Position numbers and translations under genes: made by a program. The notes below the pieces were generated by a model, which was given only the letters and a program-made list of their open reading frames with translations, was not told where the DNA came from and ran no database searches. Below are positions 62,456 to 64,000 of a stretch of DNA of 64,000 nucleotides, piece after piece (the stretch's first letter is position 1; every line of letters begins with the position of its first letter). This stretch comes from Dehalococcoidia bacterium (GTDB lineage: Bacteria > Chloroflexota > Dehalococcoidia > Lucifugimonadales > UBA3495): contig OY760687.1 in assembly GCA_963663945.1 (NCBI GenBank), positions 468,555 to 532,554 of the forward strand. Reading direction: 5' to 3'.

Positions 62456-64000
62456 CCTTTCACCGAAGTCATCGCAATCGGCATCGACAGTAAATGCCGC
62501 AACGATACTCGCTCAAAGTTCCGAAACAGGTTGGAAGAGAGCGAGGCCATTCTGCAGGTGCAGTTGGTCAGAGGACTGGACAGCACCAACGGCACCGTAT
62601 GGCCCTCAACGCCGCTTCCTTGCCGACCAGAAGACCTAATCGCTTACTGCGAATACGCACAGGTGCCACAGACAGTCATAGACGACCAAAGTAGGCAAAT
62701 CGCCGAGAGAATTGAAGCCGCTGGTACCAGCCTACTTACCAGCATCCGGGGTACTGGGCTACTCGCCGAACAAACACTGACCACCCTCAGAGAGCTCACC
62801 GGTTGCAAACACCCACACGAGAACGAACCCAACGCAGTTCCCCCGGAGGAACGTCCGGATTACCTTGCCTCACGGTGTCCAAACGTGTGCGACCACGATA
62901 CCCAGGCAACGCGGACCGCCTGCGCCGTCTGGCTCATTGCCATAGATTTGCAGAACGACTTGGCACAGTACAGCCGCAACCTGCAAGCGCAGAACCTCCA
63001 AAGCACAGGATCTCTGATAGGTGCCTCGATGGGCGTGCTGACGGTTTCAGACGTCCTGGCTCAGTGGAGAACCATAGCGGATGTAAATTACCTTCCCGTC
63101 GTCGAGCTCGCGATAGACACCCTGGGCGCAGGAGCGATGGGCAGCTCAATCCCTGATGTCCTGGATTACCTCCACCGGCTCAGCGCACAAATCAACGCAC
63201 TCCACGCGAAGCATGTGTACAACTTCGCAGGCGAACTTTGGCAGAGGCTGGTGACCGACCGCGAGGAGAGAGCCGCACACTACACCAAGCCAGAAATTGC
63301 TGAACTCCTGTCATCCATCGCAGCAGAGCGCTTCAACGCCCTGGGTTCAACTGCAATCGCCAGTCTCAATCTCATGGACGCCGCGTGCGGCACTGGGACT
63401 CTCCTCGGCGCCGGAGAGCGCGCCTTACGACGCAAATACACCGTCAAAGGCGGGCGCGATGCGAACCTCCACCGTAAGCGTATGGAAGAGCATATCTACG
63501 GGATGGATATAAATGGCATTGCCGGAACGCTGACCGCTAAACGACTCACGGACATGAACGTTGAGCAGGACTATGCCCAAAGCAAAATAGCAGTGATTAC
63601 CGACCAAGCGGGTTCGCTTATCTTGATGAACCCCGGGATAACCGGCGTATCTCAAGTGCTGGGATACCGCAATGTCACCCCGACCAAAGGGATTGGTGGC
63701 GAGGCAGGAATCTTTCATGTCCCGCACCAGAGCATAAACCTTTCGCTCATGAACCCTCCTTACAGCAGACCACGTAAAGGGAGAGAGCAGGCGACAAAGG
63801 GCCTTGACCCGATCCGCGCCGCAGCCAGAAAGCAAAAATATCTCATGTCCCACGGTCAAGCTGGATTGGCCAGCGATTTCAGCAACCTGAGCAACATTAG
63901 GCTTGCTTACGGCGGGGTGTTCGCGCACGTCCTACCACTCACCGCGGCACACGCTGAGACCTGGAAAAACTGGCGTTCTCAAATGGAAAAGGATTTCGAC
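62456..64000 (+). pseudogene. 3' continuation (515 codons, open to the window edge) of the IS21-split gene: helical region + gamma-class N6-adenine DNA methyltransferase
   Basis: Not in the ORF track (no stop). Manual translation in the frame starting at 62456 gives PFTEVIAIGIDSKCRND... ..AAHYTKPEIAELL.. Motif I is LMDAACGTGTLLG (~63371). ..IYGMDINGIAGTLTA.. Motif IV is LMNPPYSR (NPPY 63752..63763). No stop codon through 64000. Confidence 0.7.

Noticed and set aside
63425-63928. 167-aa minus-strand ORF at the window end
   Set aside because: Antisense to the frame containing the methyltransferase motifs I (DAACGTG) and IV (NPPY).

Overview
High-G+C bacterial chromosomal segment, about 90% coding. 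The gene content includes four luciferase-like (LLM) flavin monooxygenase paralogs, three SDRs, two family III CoA-transferases, a thiolase/DUF35 pair, an HpcH aldolase and a peptide-type ABC importer. This resembles catabolically expanded marine Chloroflexota (SAR202-like), but that is inference only. One 15.5-kb gene (5429..20887, minus) dominates the window. It encodes a ~5150-aa secreted mosaic protein: FN3, PPC, a subtilisin S8 plus P-domain, FN3, Calx-beta and 31 cadherin-like repeats. A lipoprotein gene with a subtilisin-propeptide-like C-terminus precedes it. Three visibly lower-G+C insertions interrupt the core. The first is a HEPN/MNT toxin-antitoxin pair (24.8-25.6 kb). The second is an Mrr type IV restriction gene plus a small ORF (28.6-29.7 kb). 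The third is a ~9-kb accessory/defence island at the 3' end (55.2-64 kb). That island holds a Septu-like AAA-ATPase + HNH pair, a 370-nt hairpin-rich non-coding stretch, an orphan 182-aa protein and an IS5-family transposase. It also holds an intact IS21 element (istA/istB) inserted into a nuclease-like/N6-adenine methyltransferase gene that runs off the window. Two real genes touch the window edges and are missing from the supplied ORF track: an AddB-like nuclease at 1..2266 (minus) and the methyltransferase at 62456..64000 (plus). I found them by manual translation. No rRNA, tRNA or CRISPR array was seen. No single clearly unprecedented system is proven. The best candidates for follow-up are the terminal island, the giant protease-cadherin protein with its upstream lipoprotein, and a translationally coupled membrane gene pair at 49.8-51.9 kb.
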